This document shows positions 44,844 to 55,332 of a stretch of 64,000 nucleotides of DNA, piece after piece. The notes under the pieces were generated by a model. It was not told the origin of the DNA. It searched no databases and saw only the letters and a program-made list of their open reading frames with translations. How positions within the stretch are numbered: the stretch's first letter is position 1; every line of letters starts with the position of its first letter. Source of the DNA: an uncultured Clostridium sp. (GTDB taxonomy: Bacteria; Bacillota; Clostridia; TANB77; CAG-508); contig USIO01000005.1 of the NCBI GenBank assembly GCA_900554815.1, positions 3,856 to 67,855 of the forward strand, in the 5' to 3' direction. Both the position numbers and the translations under genes were made by a program.

Positions 44844-46685
44844 ATGAGAATATTAAGAGAATTTAAAATACCAAAAATTAAATTTCCAAAATTTAAAATG
44901 GAAGGATTAGAAAAAATTGAAGAAGTAAAAATCGACCCAAAAACAATTACAGAAGAAAAAACAGATAAAAGAAACTATGAACCAACTACTTATAAAACAA
45001 TTAAAGAAGTTTTTGAAAGATCAACTAACTTATACAAAGACAACACTTTTATTTTAGAAAAATTTAACCACAAAGACGAGAAATTTACAGAAATCACTTA
45101 CGAAAAATTTGGTAATGATGTAATTGGGTTAATAACAGGGTTAAATAAAATATTAAACCTAAAAGGAAAAAGAGTTGCAATTATTGGAGAAAATACCTAC
45201 TATTGGTATGTATCTTATATGGCAATGCTATGCTCAGATGCTATTGCTGTACCAGTAGACAAAGAATTACCAGCAAACGAAATAGAAAATGTAATAAAAA
45301 GAGCACGTGCTTCTTGTGTTATTTATTCATCTAAAAAGGAAGAAATAATTAAAAAAGTAAAAGAAAATTTACCAGATATTGACTACTTTGTTAAAATGAA
45401 TTCAGAAGAAGAAATAAATGGAAAAGATGTAGGAATAGAATATATTATTGAAGAAGGAAAAAACTTAATAAGAATAGGAGACCAATATTACAAAAATGTA
45501 ACAATTGATCCAGAAGAATTTAAACTATTAATTTTTACATCTGGAACTACTTCACAAGCAAAAGGTGTTATGATTTGTAATAGAAATTTAGCAGAAAATA
45601 TTAATGCTGTTTCTGCCTATGTTAGATTATCAGAAAAAGACAGATTTTTCTCTGTTTTACCACTTCATCATACCTATGAATCTTCAATAGGATTTTTAAT
45701 ACCAATAGCTGTAGGAGCTTCTATTGCAGTATGTGAAGGATTAAAATATATTGTGCCTAATTTAAAAGAAACTAAACCAACAGTAATGCTTGCAGTACCT
45801 CTTTTAATAGAAAACTTATATAAGAAAATAAATGAAAACATTAAAAAAAGCAAAAAAGATAAACTTGTAAAATCTATGATTCATGTTACAAATGCACTAA
45901 AAGGTGTAAATGTGGATATTAAAAGAAAAGTATTTAGCGAAATATATGATAACTTAGGTGGAAACATAAAATATATTGTATCTGCTGCAGCACCAATTGA
46001 TGCAAAAATTGGTAAATGGCTACAAGATATTGGAATTACATTTTTACAAGGATATGGTTTAACAGAAACATCTCCAATTGCAGCTTTAACACCAGAATTT
46101 GACCCAAAAATCGGATCTGCAGGTAAAGCTGTTATATGCGCAGAACTAAAAATTGACCACCCAAATGACAATGGAGAAGGAGAAGTCCTAATTAAAAGTA
46201 AAACATTAATGCTTGGATATTATGAAAACGAAGAAGCAACCAAAGAAGCAATAGAAGATGGATGGTTTCATTCGGGAGATGTTGGATACTTAGACGAAGA
46301 GGGATTTTTATATATTACCGGCAGGTCAAAAAATGTAATTGTTACACAAAATGGAAAAAATATTTATCCAGAAGAAATAGAATTACTATTAGGAAATGTA
46401 GAAGAAATAAAAGAGTGTATGGTATATGGCAAAGAAGTAAAAGGAGAAAAAGAATTAATTATTTCCGCAAAAGTAATTCCTAACTTAGAAAAAATAGAAG
46501 AAAAATATGGAAAAAACCTAACAGAAGAAAAAATACATGATATTATTTGGGAAAGAATTAAAGAAGTAAACAAAAAACTAACTTCTTATAAAGCAATTAA
46601 AAATTTAGAAATAAAAAAAGATGAATTTGAAAAAACAACAACTATGAAAATTAAAAGATATGCAGAAATTAACAAAGGAAGATAA
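44844..46685 (+). CDS. AMP-dependent synthetase/ligase (long-chain-fatty-acid--CoA ligase-like)
   Basis: Motifs IFTSGTTSQAKGV, GYGLTETS, GWFHSGDVGY and KIKR. Confidence 0.88.
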   Translation: MRILREFKIPKIKFPKFKMEGLEKIEEVKIDPKTITEEKTDKRNYEPTTYKTIKEVFERSTNLYKDNTFILEKFNHKDEKFTEITYEKFGNDVIGLITGLNKILNLKGKRVAIIGENTYYWYVSYMAMLCSDAIAVPVDKELPANEIENVIKRARASCVIYSSKKEEIIKKVKENLPDIDYFVKMNSEEEINGKDVGIEYIIEEGKNLIRIGDQYYKNVTIDPEEFKLLIFTSGTTSQAKGVMICNRNLAENINAVSAYVRLSEKDRFFSVLPLHHTYESSIGFLIPIAVGASIAVCEGLKYIVPNLKETKPTVMLAVPLLIENLYKKINENIKKSKKDKLVKSMIHVTNALKGVNVDIKRKVFSEIYDNLGGNIKYIVSAAAPIDAKIGKWLQDIGITFLQGYGLTETSPIAALTPEFDPKIGSAGKAVICAELKIDHPNDNGEGEVLIKSKTLMLGYYENEEATKEAIEDGWFHSGDVGYLDEEGFLYITGRSKNVIVTQNGKNIYPEEIELLLGNVEEIKECMVYGKEVKGEKELIISAKVIPNLEKIEEKYGKNLTEEKIHDIIWERIKEVNKKLTSYKAIKNLEIKKDEFEKTTTMKIKRYAEINKGR

Positions 46686-46714
46686 AACATTTAAAAAGTG
46701 ATGAAGGAGGAAAA

Positions 46715-47200
46715 ATGAGAAAAATAATAATAATATATTTTGTGATTATTGCATTTTTAATAATTCCTCATCATGTACAAGCAACAAATACAAATATGAT
46801 ACAAGAGCAACTACAGCAAGAAACAAATGAAATTATGGGTATATTAGAAGAACAAAAAAATAATCAACAAGCAACGAATTCTCTAATTATTGAGTTGTTT
46901 ACAGTAGTTATAATTTCTATGATTTTTGAAAATATAGTAAAAACTTTTAAATACACTATTAAAGAAAAAAACCAAAAAGAAGAAGAAACTAAAGAACTAA
47001 AGAAAAAATTATGGATAACATATGGAATTCATGGAATAATTCTTTTAATATTCTTTTTAGTTTGCAAGTTTGCATTAAAAGTTATAGATTTATATAATTT
47101 ATTTTTTGTTCTAATTTCTGTATGCATGGTGGAAATAGGTCCATTTTTACAAATTAGAATGAAAAAGAAAAATAGGAGGAAAGATGACACCACACATTAG
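46715..47200 (+). CDS. Hypothetical membrane protein
   Basis: SD gaaggagg; signal/TM helix plus three more hydrophobic helices. Overlaps deoD by 17 nt. Confidence 0.6.
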   Translation: MRKIIIIYFVIIAFLIIPHHVQATNTNMIQEQLQQETNEIMGILEEQKNNQQATNSLIIELFTVVIISMIFENIVKTFKYTIKEKNQKEEETKELKKKLWITYGIHGIILLIFFLVCKFALKVIDLYNLFFVLISVCMVEIGPFLQIRMKKKNRRKDDTTH

Positions 47201-47895
47201 TGCTAAAAAAGAAGAAATTGCAAAAAATATTTTAATGCCAGGAGACTCATTAAGAGCAAAATATATTGCAGAAACTTTTTTAAGTAATTATAAATTGGTT
47301 AATTCTGTAAGAAATATTTATGCATATACAGGTGAGTTTAATAAAAAACTAATTACAGTTATGGCATCACGGAATGGGAAACCCAAGCATGGGAATATAT
47401 TCTTATGAGCTATATAAATTTTACGAAGCTGAAAATATTATTAGAATTGGTACTTGTGGCTCTTTTGTGGAAAATATTAATGTTTTAGATGTTATTTTAG
47501 TTGAAAACTCTTACAGTAAATCTAATTATGCAAGTATTTTAGACGGAAATACTAAAGAATTATTATCTTCAAGTAATTTGCTAAATAAAAAAATAGAAAT
47601 AATAGCTAATGAGAATAAAATTACACTACATAAAGGAAATGTTTTATGTAGCGATGTATTTTATTCACAAAATATGAAAGTAGAAGAAAAAGAAAAATAT
47701 AATTGTATTGCAACAGAAATGGAAAGCTTTGCTCTATTTGCTAATGCAAAACATTTTGATAAAAGCGCATCATGTATATTAACTGTATCTAATATGATGC
47801 CACCATTAAATAATTGTAAAGAACTAACTCCTAATCAAAGAGAAAAATCATTAAATGAAATGATAAAACTAGGATTAGAAACATTAACAATGTAA
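47184..47895 (+). CDS. deoD: Purine nucleoside phosphorylase DeoD-type (236 aa); needs one +1 shift at CGG
   Basis: MTPHISAKKEEIAKNILMPGDSLRAKYIAETFL. ORFs 47184..47408 and 47374..47895 join at CGG 47370 (VMAS|G|MGNPSMGIYSYEL, aligning to GHGMGIPS). Also TCGS and ATEMES motifs. Confidence 0.92.
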
Positions 47896-47932
47896 TTTTG
47901 AATAAAACACCAAAAATATACAAACAATATAA

Positions 47933-48190
47933 ATGGTGATTATATTGAAACTAGTTTGTATTAAGGCAAAAAATGATGATAGCTTTAGAATTTTTAAAGC
48001 ATTTGGAACAAAAATATACGAAATAGAAGATTTAGAACAAATAGATTCTCAAATAAAGCAATGCGTAAAAAACAATTATAATACTATTTTAATATCTGAA
48101 GAACTGGCAAACTTTTCTGGGGATATTATAACTAAATATAAAAACAGTTCAACTGTTAATATTATAATTTCTAATAAAAAAAGAATATGA
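47933..48190 (+). CDS. Small protein, V-type ATPase subunit F-like fold (tentative)
   Basis: KLVCIKAKNDDSFRIFKAFG...NTILISEELA loosely resembles ATP-synt_F. The start may be TTG 47945, after ggtga. Confidence 0.4.
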   Translation: MVIILKLVCIKAKNDDSFRIFKAFGTKIYEIEDLEQIDSQIKQCVKNNYNTILISEELANFSGDIITKYKNSSTVNIIISNKKRI

Positions 48191-48247
48191 TTATTATTCT
48201 TGCATATAAATAGAATAATTTATTAAGTTATAAAGGATGAAAAATAA

Positions 48248-48787
48248 ATGCAGGAACAAAAAACATATTCTTTTTTTGCGAATCAATTTAGCAACACAAT
48301 TTGCGAATTAACACAAAATAAATTATACTCTCATATTGTTTTTTTATGTATTGGCACAGATAGAATAACAGGAGATTCTTTTGGCCCATTAGTAGGGTAT
48401 AAATTAAAAAATGTTTTAAACCATATAAAAAAAATACAAGTTATTGGAGACTTAGATGAAACAGTAAGTAACCAAAACATTTTAAATGCTATTAATTATA
48501 TAGAAAAAAATTACAAAAATCCATTTATTGTTTCAATTGATTCAGCACTTTCAATTAGAAGAAATGTAGGAGACATTATTGTTTCTAAGAAGGGCGTTTA
48601 TTTAGGAACAAGCATAAGAAACAAAAAAGTTTATATTGGAGACATGAGCATACAAGGTGTGGTTGCTAAAAACACATGTGTTGCACAATATAATTTTAGG
48701 CGATTACAAAATACAAATTTAGGATTAGTAATGAAAATGGCAGATACTGTAGCAAGTGGAATTATATCTTCTATAGAGTTTAACTAA
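48248..48787 (+). CDS. yyaC: Spore protease YyaC (DUF1256)
   Basis: Motif HIVFLCIGTDRITGDSFGPLVGYKL and ~179 aa, typical of YyaC. Confidence 0.8.
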   Translation: MQEQKTYSFFANQFSNTICELTQNKLYSHIVFLCIGTDRITGDSFGPLVGYKLKNVLNHIKKIQVIGDLDETVSNQNILNAINYIEKNYKNPFIVSIDSALSIRRNVGDIIVSKKGVYLGTSIRNKKVYIGDMSIQGVVAKNTCVAQYNFRRLQNTNLGLVMKMADTVASGIISSIEFN

Positions 48788-48850
48788 TATATGTATATTC
48801 CTAGAAAAATTGGAAAAAATTAGATTATAACTTTTTTCTAGGGGGAAAAC

Positions 48851-49174
48851 ATGAAAAGTAAGCAATTAAAAAATATGATAGTATTAAAAAATTTACCATC
48901 TAACATGATAGAAGAAGCTATTGTTGTATTAAAACAAAACAAAAAAATAGAAATAATGAAACACTTAGAAAAGGAAAAATCAGTCCAATGTAGAACTAAT
49001 TCAAGTGATTACATTTTACAAGAAGCAGAATTTGTTATTTCAAATTATATTTCCGACATAGAAAAAAATAAAAAAGCAAAAAAAATAAAAGATATAGAAC
49101 AAAAATATAAAAAAGCTAGAGCTTTTTCCATCATATTACTTGTTCTAATAGTATTACAAGCAATTATATTCTAA
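48851..49174 (+). CDS. Hypothetical protein with C-terminal TM helix
   Basis: SD taggggga; 107 aa; K-rich with a hydrophobic C-terminus. Confidence 0.5.
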   Translation: MKSKQLKNMIVLKNLPSNMIEEAIVVLKQNKKIEIMKHLEKEKSVQCRTNSSDYILQEAEFVISNYISDIEKNKKAKKIKDIEQKYKKARAFSIILLVLIVLQAIIF

Positions 49175-49316
49175 AATATATAATTAAGAAGGATATTACT
49201 TTGGTTTTATCCTTCTTTTGCTGTGCATATATGTTTTTATTTATAAGGAATATTATCATAAAAAATAAAACCAAGCATATATTTTAATTAACCAACAAAT
49301 GAAGAGGAGGGGTTAC

Positions 49317-50210
49317 ATGGAGAAAGCAGTAAGCGTTGACGAAAAAATAAGAAGAGCAGAAGAAATTTATAATAGAAGACAACAAGAAAACACAAATCGC
49401 ATACAGGCACGAGTTAATGTAAATGATGAAACAAGAGATTATAAATTACTTAAAAAAATGATACTACAAATTCTTATATGCTTATTAATTTATTTTATTT
49501 TTTATTTAATTAAAAATAGTAATTACATATTTTCGGAAAGCTTTTTAAATAAAGCAAAAGAAATTTTATCATATGATATTAATTTTCAGTCACAATATGA
49601 GTACGTAATGGATTTAATAAACAGCGAAAATAATACTCAAACAAATGAAACACAAAAAATAGAAGAACAAAATAAAATGGAAGAGGAAAATACTAATTCT
49701 ATAATAACACAAGAACAAACAAATCAAACCACAACACAAACACTATCTGCAACATCCCAAACTTTACCAGAAGAAAGTAGTTCTCTAAGTCAAACACAAG
49801 AAGATGCAGAATTTATAAAACAAAATTATTCACTTGTAAAGCCTCTTAGTGGAACAATTACATCTAGGTTTGGACTAAGAAATCCTACAACAGAAACTGT
49901 TCCCAAATACCATACAGGGATAGATATTGCAGCAAATACAGGCACTATATTTGTAGCTGCAATGGAGGGGGAAGTTATTTTGGTTTCAGACCAAGGAGAC
50001 TATGGAAACCACATAAAAATACAAAAAGATGATGTAATAACTTTATATGCACACTGCAGTAAAATTTATGTTACAGAAGGACAAGAAATTACTAAAGGAC
50101 AAGAACTAGGAGAGGTGGGAGCTACTGGAAATGTTACAGGTTCTCATTTACATTTTGAAGTTAGAAGAAACGAAAGACTAGTCAATCCAGATGATTTACT
50201 AGAATTTTAA
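49317..50210 (+). CDS. M23 family metallopeptidase with N-terminal TM (spoIVFA-like position)
   Basis: ATG 49317 follows SD gaggagggg. Motifs YHTGIDIA and GSHLHFEV. Lies directly upstream of the M50 protease gene. Confidence 0.8.
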   Translation: MEKAVSVDEKIRRAEEIYNRRQQENTNRIQARVNVNDETRDYKLLKKMILQILICLLIYFIFYLIKNSNYIFSESFLNKAKEILSYDINFQSQYEYVMDLINSENNTQTNETQKIEEQNKMEEENTNSIITQEQTNQTTTQTLSATSQTLPEESSSLSQTQEDAEFIKQNYSLVKPLSGTITSRFGLRNPTTETVPKYHTGIDIAANTGTIFVAAMEGEVILVSDQGDYGNHIKIQKDDVITLYAHCSKIYVTEGQEITKGQELGEVGATGNVTGSHLHFEVRRNERLVNPDDLLEF

Positions 50211-50253
50211 CTTTTCTTAATAGATTAAATCGTATAACTTTTGGGGTGGAAAA

Positions 50254-50887
50254 ATGAAAATAAAAATAGACCTAAAAATTTTTATAATTATGGCAATTTT
50301 TTTAGTTACAAATCAAATTAGAATATATTGGCTATTTATGATTTTTATTTTAATTCATGAATTAGCACATCTATTAGCTGGATTGTTACTAGGGCTAAAA
50401 GCAGAAAAAATGGAAATAATGCCATTACGGAGTATCTATTACCTTTAAAGCAAATAATAACAAGTGGTTATGTAATTTACTAATTGCATTGGCAGGACCA
50501 CTTGCAAATGTAGCACTAGCTATATTTTTCACTATTTATAAAAAAATGCCAATCCAAAATCTGGCAATGTATTCAAATTTAGTAATAGCTATTTTTAATT
50601 TAATACCAATTTATCCACTAGATGGAGGAAGAATTATTAAATCAATATTAGAAATAAAATATAAAAATGGAAAAAGTATGAACATAGTAAATAAATTATC
50701 TAACACAACAGTTATATTATTGACAATTTTATCAAGTATCGGTATAATTTATTTCAAGAATATAGCTATTTTTATTGCAATTGCTTTCCTATGGTTTATT
50801 GTTATTATTGAAAATAGAAAATATAGAATAAAATCCAGAGTAAAAAAAATAATAGAAAAAGATAAAGAACAAAGACTAAAAGTATAA
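50254..50887 (+). CDS. M50 site-2 metalloprotease, SpoIVFB-like (210 aa); needs one +1 shift at CGG
   Basis: HELAH zinc motif. ORFs 50254..50448 and 50489..50887 join at CGG 50428 (MEIMPL|G|VSITFK). Second motif NLIPIYPLDGGRI. Confidence 0.8.
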
Positions 50888-50914
50888 TATAAATAAACGA
50901 AAGATGGTGCCAAA

Positions 50915-52717
50915 ATGTATAAAAAAATAATTAATTCACATGGTATAACTTTAATAATGCTAGTAATAATGTTGGTAATAATGTCTATATTAGCAACTAC
51001 AATAGGATATAATATATTAAATAGAAATACAACAGATAAGCTAGACGATTTATACAGCGACCTTACATTATTAGAAGAAAAAGCAAAAACTTACTACATT
51101 CAAAACGAATATATACCATTTGAAAATAAATGCGAAAATTTAAGCGAAATCTTAGAAACAATTACAACTATTCGTAACCCAAACGATAATGACGAATATT
51201 ATTATATATCAAAAAATAAAATAACTCCAAGTTGGCTGGGAAATGTTAGCATAAAAACTGATGGAACATTTATTATAAACGAAAGAACATTAACGGTTTA
51301 TTATTTAGAAGGTATAGAAGTAGAAGGAAAACTATATTATACATTACCAAAAGAATATAGCGAAATATCTATTGCAGAAAATATAACTAGCATTCCAGAT
51401 GGGAGCTGGAATGAGGCAAAAAAAGTTAATTCTCCACAATTGCTAGAAGGAATGACACCGGTTTATTGGGATGAAGAAGGAAATGAATACGAAATAAGCA
51501 TTAATAGCAATCAAACTGAATGGGAAAAATGGTATAATTATTATGCAAATAAATGGGCAAATGCAAAAACTAAAGATGGAAGTTACTGGGTATGGATACC
51601 AAGATATGAATATAAAATTGCAAATCCAGGAACATCAGAGACCTCAGAAATATATATTAAATTTATTAGTACTTCTCAAACAACACCAGATTCAGATTAT
51701 GACTATATTCACCCTGCATTTACAAATGGAAAAGAAAATGATTTTGAAAATGGTGAATGGGATGAAGAAATACCAGGCTTTTGGGTATCCAAATATTTAG
51801 CAGGATTTCAGGCAAGCTCAACAGATAATAATGGGGTACTAATAAATGAACAAGATACTATAACATATTCAAACTATAATTACACATCATTTTCACAAAA
51901 TTTTACCACAAATGCATTAGGGCAAAACCTTACACAAGCAAACTATTCAACACAAAAAATATCTTATCCTGTATTTAAACCATTAACCTATACTTATAAC
52001 ATAATAGGAATAGGAGACTGCTACACTATAGCTAAAGAAGTAGCAAATGCAAGCGAATTTTATGGGTTAAATTCTATAACAACAGATAGCCACCTTAGCA
52101 AAAATAGTGAATATGGAGCAGTAGTATATTTAGCACACAGCGTATTTGGAGTAAACAATAACACAATTGCAGAAAATAATAAAAATATAAATAATACTAT
52201 AAATAATATATATGGTGTTACTGGCTACTCTGGAACAACTCCATTAGGAGTTTCTGCAAGTAGTACAAATAACATGTTTGGAGTATTTGATTTAAATGGC
52301 TGTGCAAATGAGAGCACATCGGCTTATATAAATAATAATTCGAATTCATTAGAACATGGTAAATCATTTACAGAATTTAATAAAGATTTGGAAACACATA
52401 AAAAAGAAAGTACAAAATATGCAACTGTATATAGTGTAGGCAATACAGACACTTCAGAAGAAAATTATAAATTATATAAAAATATTCTTACAAAGCAAAA
52501 ATATGGAGATGCAATTTTTGAAACATCTAATTTTGTGTCAAACGAAATAGTTCCATGGCAAAGAGGAACAGCATTCAAATACCCATATCCTAATGCTACA
52601 GCTCCGTTTTTTTGTAGGGTAGGAAACCTATCTGGCAATTCCACATTTGCAATATGTAGTTACACAGGAGAACCATATAATTTTAATAGTTTTAGGGTAA
52701 TTTTAATTGGAAAGTAA
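50915..52717 (+). CDS. Hypothetical 600-aa protein with prepilin-like N-terminal hydrophobic segment
   Basis: N-terminus HGITLIMLVIMLVIMSILAT resembles a type IV pilin leader but lacks Glu+5. The rest has no motif I can name. Confidence 0.55.
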   Translation: MYKKIINSHGITLIMLVIMLVIMSILATTIGYNILNRNTTDKLDDLYSDLTLLEEKAKTYYIQNEYIPFENKCENLSEILETITTIRNPNDNDEYYYISKNKITPSWLGNVSIKTDGTFIINERTLTVYYLEGIEVEGKLYYTLPKEYSEISIAENITSIPDGSWNEAKKVNSPQLLEGMTPVYWDEEGNEYEISINSNQTEWEKWYNYYANKWANAKTKDGSYWVWIPRYEYKIANPGTSETSEIYIKFISTSQTTPDSDYDYIHPAFTNGKENDFENGEWDEEIPGFWVSKYLAGFQASSTDNNGVLINEQDTITYSNYNYTSFSQNFTTNALGQNLTQANYSTQKISYPVFKPLTYTYNIIGIGDCYTIAKEVANASEFYGLNSITTDSHLSKNSEYGAVVYLAHSVFGVNNNTIAENNKNINNTINNIYGVTGYSGTTPLGVSASSTNNMFGVFDLNGCANESTSAYINNNSNSLEHGKSFTEFNKDLETHKKESTKYATVYSVGNTDTSEENYKLYKNILTKQKYGDAIFETSNFVSNEIVPWQRGTAFKYPYPNATAPFFCRVGNLSGNSTFAICSYTGEPYNFNSFRVILIGK

Positions 52718-52725
52718 AAAAAAAC

Positions 52726-52754
52726 TTGATAATTCTAAAAAAGTATGTTAAAAT
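52726..52754 (+). promoter_or_regulatory. SigA-type promoter of the rpsF-ssb-rpsR operon
   Basis: TTGATA (52726-52731), 17-nt spacer, TAAAAT (52749-52754) with an upstream TG (extended -10). It is followed by leader hairpin tagcaatg/cattgcta + T-run (52754-52786). Confidence 0.6.
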
Positions 52755-52845
52755 AGCAATGTTAAAAAATAGCATTGCTATTTTTTAAACTAAACCTTAC
52801 TCATGTGTTTTACATGGGTTATATATCCAAAAGGAGGTGGAATTA

Positions 52846-53130
52846 ATGAACAAATATGAAAGTGTTGTTATTATTAATTCTAGTTTAGAGGAAGCAAAAA
52901 TAAAAGCAGTTATTGAAAAAATCTCTAACTTAATTAATAGTAATGGAAAAGTAGAATCTGTGGAAGAAATTGGTTCAAAAAAATTAGCTTATGAAATAAA
53001 AAAACAAAAAGAAGGATACTATGTTGTATTTAATTTTGAATCAGAGCCATCAGCTATTGCAGAAATAGAAAGAGTTTACAGAATTACAGATGAAGTTATT
53101 AAATTTATTGTAGTAAAAAAAGAGGCATAA
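52846..53130 (+). CDS. rpsF: 30S ribosomal protein S6
   Basis: ATG 52846 follows aaggaggtgg. MNKYESVVIINSSLEE...YYVVFNFE. Confidence 0.92.
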   Translation: MNKYESVVIINSSLEEAKIKAVIEKISNLINSNGKVESVEEIGSKKLAYEIKKQKEGYYVVFNFESEPSAIAEIERVYRITDEVIKFIVVKKEA

Positions 53131-53177
53131 TAACTAAAATTGGGGGCATTTAAACATAGAAAGGAAAAGGTGTTTAC

Positions 53178-53594
53178 ATGAACAAAGTAATTTTAATGGG
53201 AAGACTAACAAGAGATCCAGAAGTAAGATATACTCAAACAAATAATACATTAGTAGCTTCATTTACAATAGCTGTAAATAGAAGATTTGTGCGCCAAGGA
53301 GAAGAAAGACAAGCAGACTTTATTCCTATTGTTGCTTGGAGCAAACTCGGAGAATTTTGCAGTAAATATTTTAAAAAAGGCCAACAAGTAGGTATTATTG
53401 GAAGAATGCAAACGAGAAATTGGGAAGACGAAAACAAGGTTAAACATTATATTACAGAAGTTGTTGCAGAAGAAGCATATTTTGCAGATAGCAAAAAAGA
53501 TGGAGAAACAGCAAATTTTGAAAACACATTTGGTAATGATGTTGCATCAAATTCAGAATTTTCTGCAATATCAACAGATGATTTACCATTTTAA
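53178..53594 (+). CDS. ssb: Single-stranded DNA-binding protein
   Basis: MNKVILMGRLTRDPEVRYT OB-fold; acidic tail ending DDLPF. Confidence 0.93.
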   Translation: MNKVILMGRLTRDPEVRYTQTNNTLVASFTIAVNRRFVRQGEERQADFIPIVAWSKLGEFCSKYFKKGQQVGIIGRMQTRNWEDENKVKHYITEVVAEEAYFADSKKDGETANFENTFGNDVASNSEFSAISTDDLPF

Positions 53595-53631
53595 GAAATA
53601 TAACAATAAGAGTTAGGGGGGAGAAAAAACA

Positions 53632-53916
53632 ATGGCAGATAAAAAGAACAATAACAGAAAAAACAGAAATAATAATGGTGATGATGATTTCAATCCAAGA
53701 TTTAAAAAAATAAGAAAAAAGGTATGTCCTTTATGTGCAGATAAAAATATAATATTAGATTATAAAAACGCAGAGCAAATTAGAAAATTTGTTAGTGATA
53801 AAGGTAAAATTTTACCAAGAAGAGCAACAGGAGCATGCGCAAAACATCAAAGAGATATTACAATTGCAGTAAAAAGAGCAAGACATATTGCAGTATTACC
53901 ATTTACACAAAATTAA
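53632..53916 (+). CDS. rpsR: 30S ribosomal protein S18
   Basis: Motifs DYKN...[23 protein letters not shown]. Confidence 0.93.
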   Translation: MADKKNNNRKNRNNNGDDDFNPRFKKIRKKVCPLCADKNIILDYKNAEQIRKFVSDKGKILPRRATGACAKHQRDITIAVKRARHIAVLPFTQN

Positions 53917-53940
53917 TAAAACTATATTAATAGAGTTTTA

Positions 53941-53988
53941 AAATAGATAATGTAGCTAAATAAATATAACTGCATTATCTATTTTTTA
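53941..53988 (+). terminator. Intrinsic terminator after rpsR
   Basis: 12-bp stem aaatagataatg / cattatctattt running into a T-run. Confidence 0.8.
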
Positions 53989-54075
53989 AATTGTATTTTA
54001 AAGTTATAACTTTTACCATTTTTGTTATGTTTAAACAAAATGTAATTTGTGAATAATATATATTGGGTGTTATAT

Positions 54076-54984
54076 ATGAAATTAGGAATTGCCTTATCTG
54101 GTGGTGGAATACGCGGAATTGCACATGCGGGAGTATTAAAAGCTTTAGAAGAAAGCGGACTTGCTATAGATATAATTGGAGGAACAAGCTCCGGCAGTTT
54201 AATAGCTGCCCTTTATGCAATGGGATATACCCCATATTATATATATGTTTTATTTAAACGCTATGCAGAAGAAATTATAGCAATAGAGACAAAACCAATT
54301 ATTTCTGGAATCAAAGGATTTTTATTTAACAAAAAGATTGAAATGACAGGGCTAAAAAGTGGGAAATCTTTAGAAAAAGCATATAACGAATTAGCTTTAA
54401 AAAAAGGTATAAGAACAATAAAAGATATACAAATGCCATTAGTTATACCCGCAGTCGATATGTACACATCAAAAGAATATATATTTACATCTAAAGTACC
54501 ACAAAATATAGAGGAAGTAACTATTTATAATAAAAACTATTCTAATACAAAGTTACTACAAACAAGCGAAGAAAGCAAATATATTACAGACATATCTGTA
54601 GGTAAAAGCGTTAGAGCAAGTAGTAGTTTCCCTGTTATATTTTCCCCATGCCAATACAATAACCATCTATTTTTAGATGGAGGAATTTTAAACAATACGC
54701 CTGTTAATGAAATAAAAAAACAAGGTGCAAATATAGTAATTGCAGTTAATTTTGACAGCCAGCCAGTAAAAAAAGATAGCAATATTATGGAACTAATGAT
54801 GAAAACTTTAGATATTATGGGAGACAAAATTTCGGATGAAAATATAGCAAATTGTGATTATATTTTAACAATTCCTTCAGATGGAACAGGACTACTAGAC
54901 ACTTCTAAATTAGACTTTTGCTATAAGTCAGGATATAAAACAGCAATGAATAAAATAGATGAAATAAAACAATTACTTAAATAG
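54076..54984 (+). CDS. Patatin-like phospholipase
   Basis: ATG 54076. Motifs GIALSGGGIRGIAHAGV, GGTSSGS (G-x-S-x-G) and DGG. Confidence 0.88.
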   Translation: MKLGIALSGGGIRGIAHAGVLKALEESGLAIDIIGGTSSGSLIAALYAMGYTPYYIYVLFKRYAEEIIAIETKPIISGIKGFLFNKKIEMTGLKSGKSLEKAYNELALKKGIRTIKDIQMPLVIPAVDMYTSKEYIFTSKVPQNIEEVTIYNKNYSNTKLLQTSEESKYITDISVGKSVRASSSFPVIFSPCQYNNHLFLDGGILNNTPVNEIKKQGANIVIAVNFDSQPVKKDSNIMELMMKTLDIMGDKISDENIANCDYILTIPSDGTGLLDTSKLDFCYKSGYKTAMNKIDEIKQLLK

Positions 54985-55017
54985 AAGTTTGTAGTTTTCC
55001 TTCAACTCATGAATAAG

Positions 55018-55200
55018 GTAGTGCCAGGCGAGAGGAAGTATTAAAAAAATTGCAATGTTAACCCCTCCAGAAACTACTTTTGGAGCAAGTAATAAGTCTC
55101 GAGGAAAAGCTAATAACTTTCCTGCCATTGTCTTGGTCTCGAGGCCGGGGCTTAACATTTTATTTTTTTAATATTTCCTCTCTCAAATCAAGTACTACTA
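55018..55200 (+). ncRNA. Structured intergenic element (candidate ncRNA or elaborate 3'/5' UTR), family unknown
   Basis: 20-bp closing helix gagaggaagtattaaaaaaa (55030-55049) / tttttttaatatttcctctc (55163-55182). It encloses helix tgttaacccc/ggggcttaaca and two hairpins (ctcca..tggag; aggaaa.g..ctttcct). One G-U pair favours the plus strand. Locally GC-rich. Confidence 0.35.
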
Positions 55201-55332
55201 TGTTAAAGTAAAAAGGCAGTTGCTGGAAATGCAAACTTCTATTTTTATTAAAAAATGAATATTATGTAGAAAAAAAATAATCAATATGTTATAATTCAGA
55301 TTAATAAAAACGAAAGGAAAAGGTATAAATGT

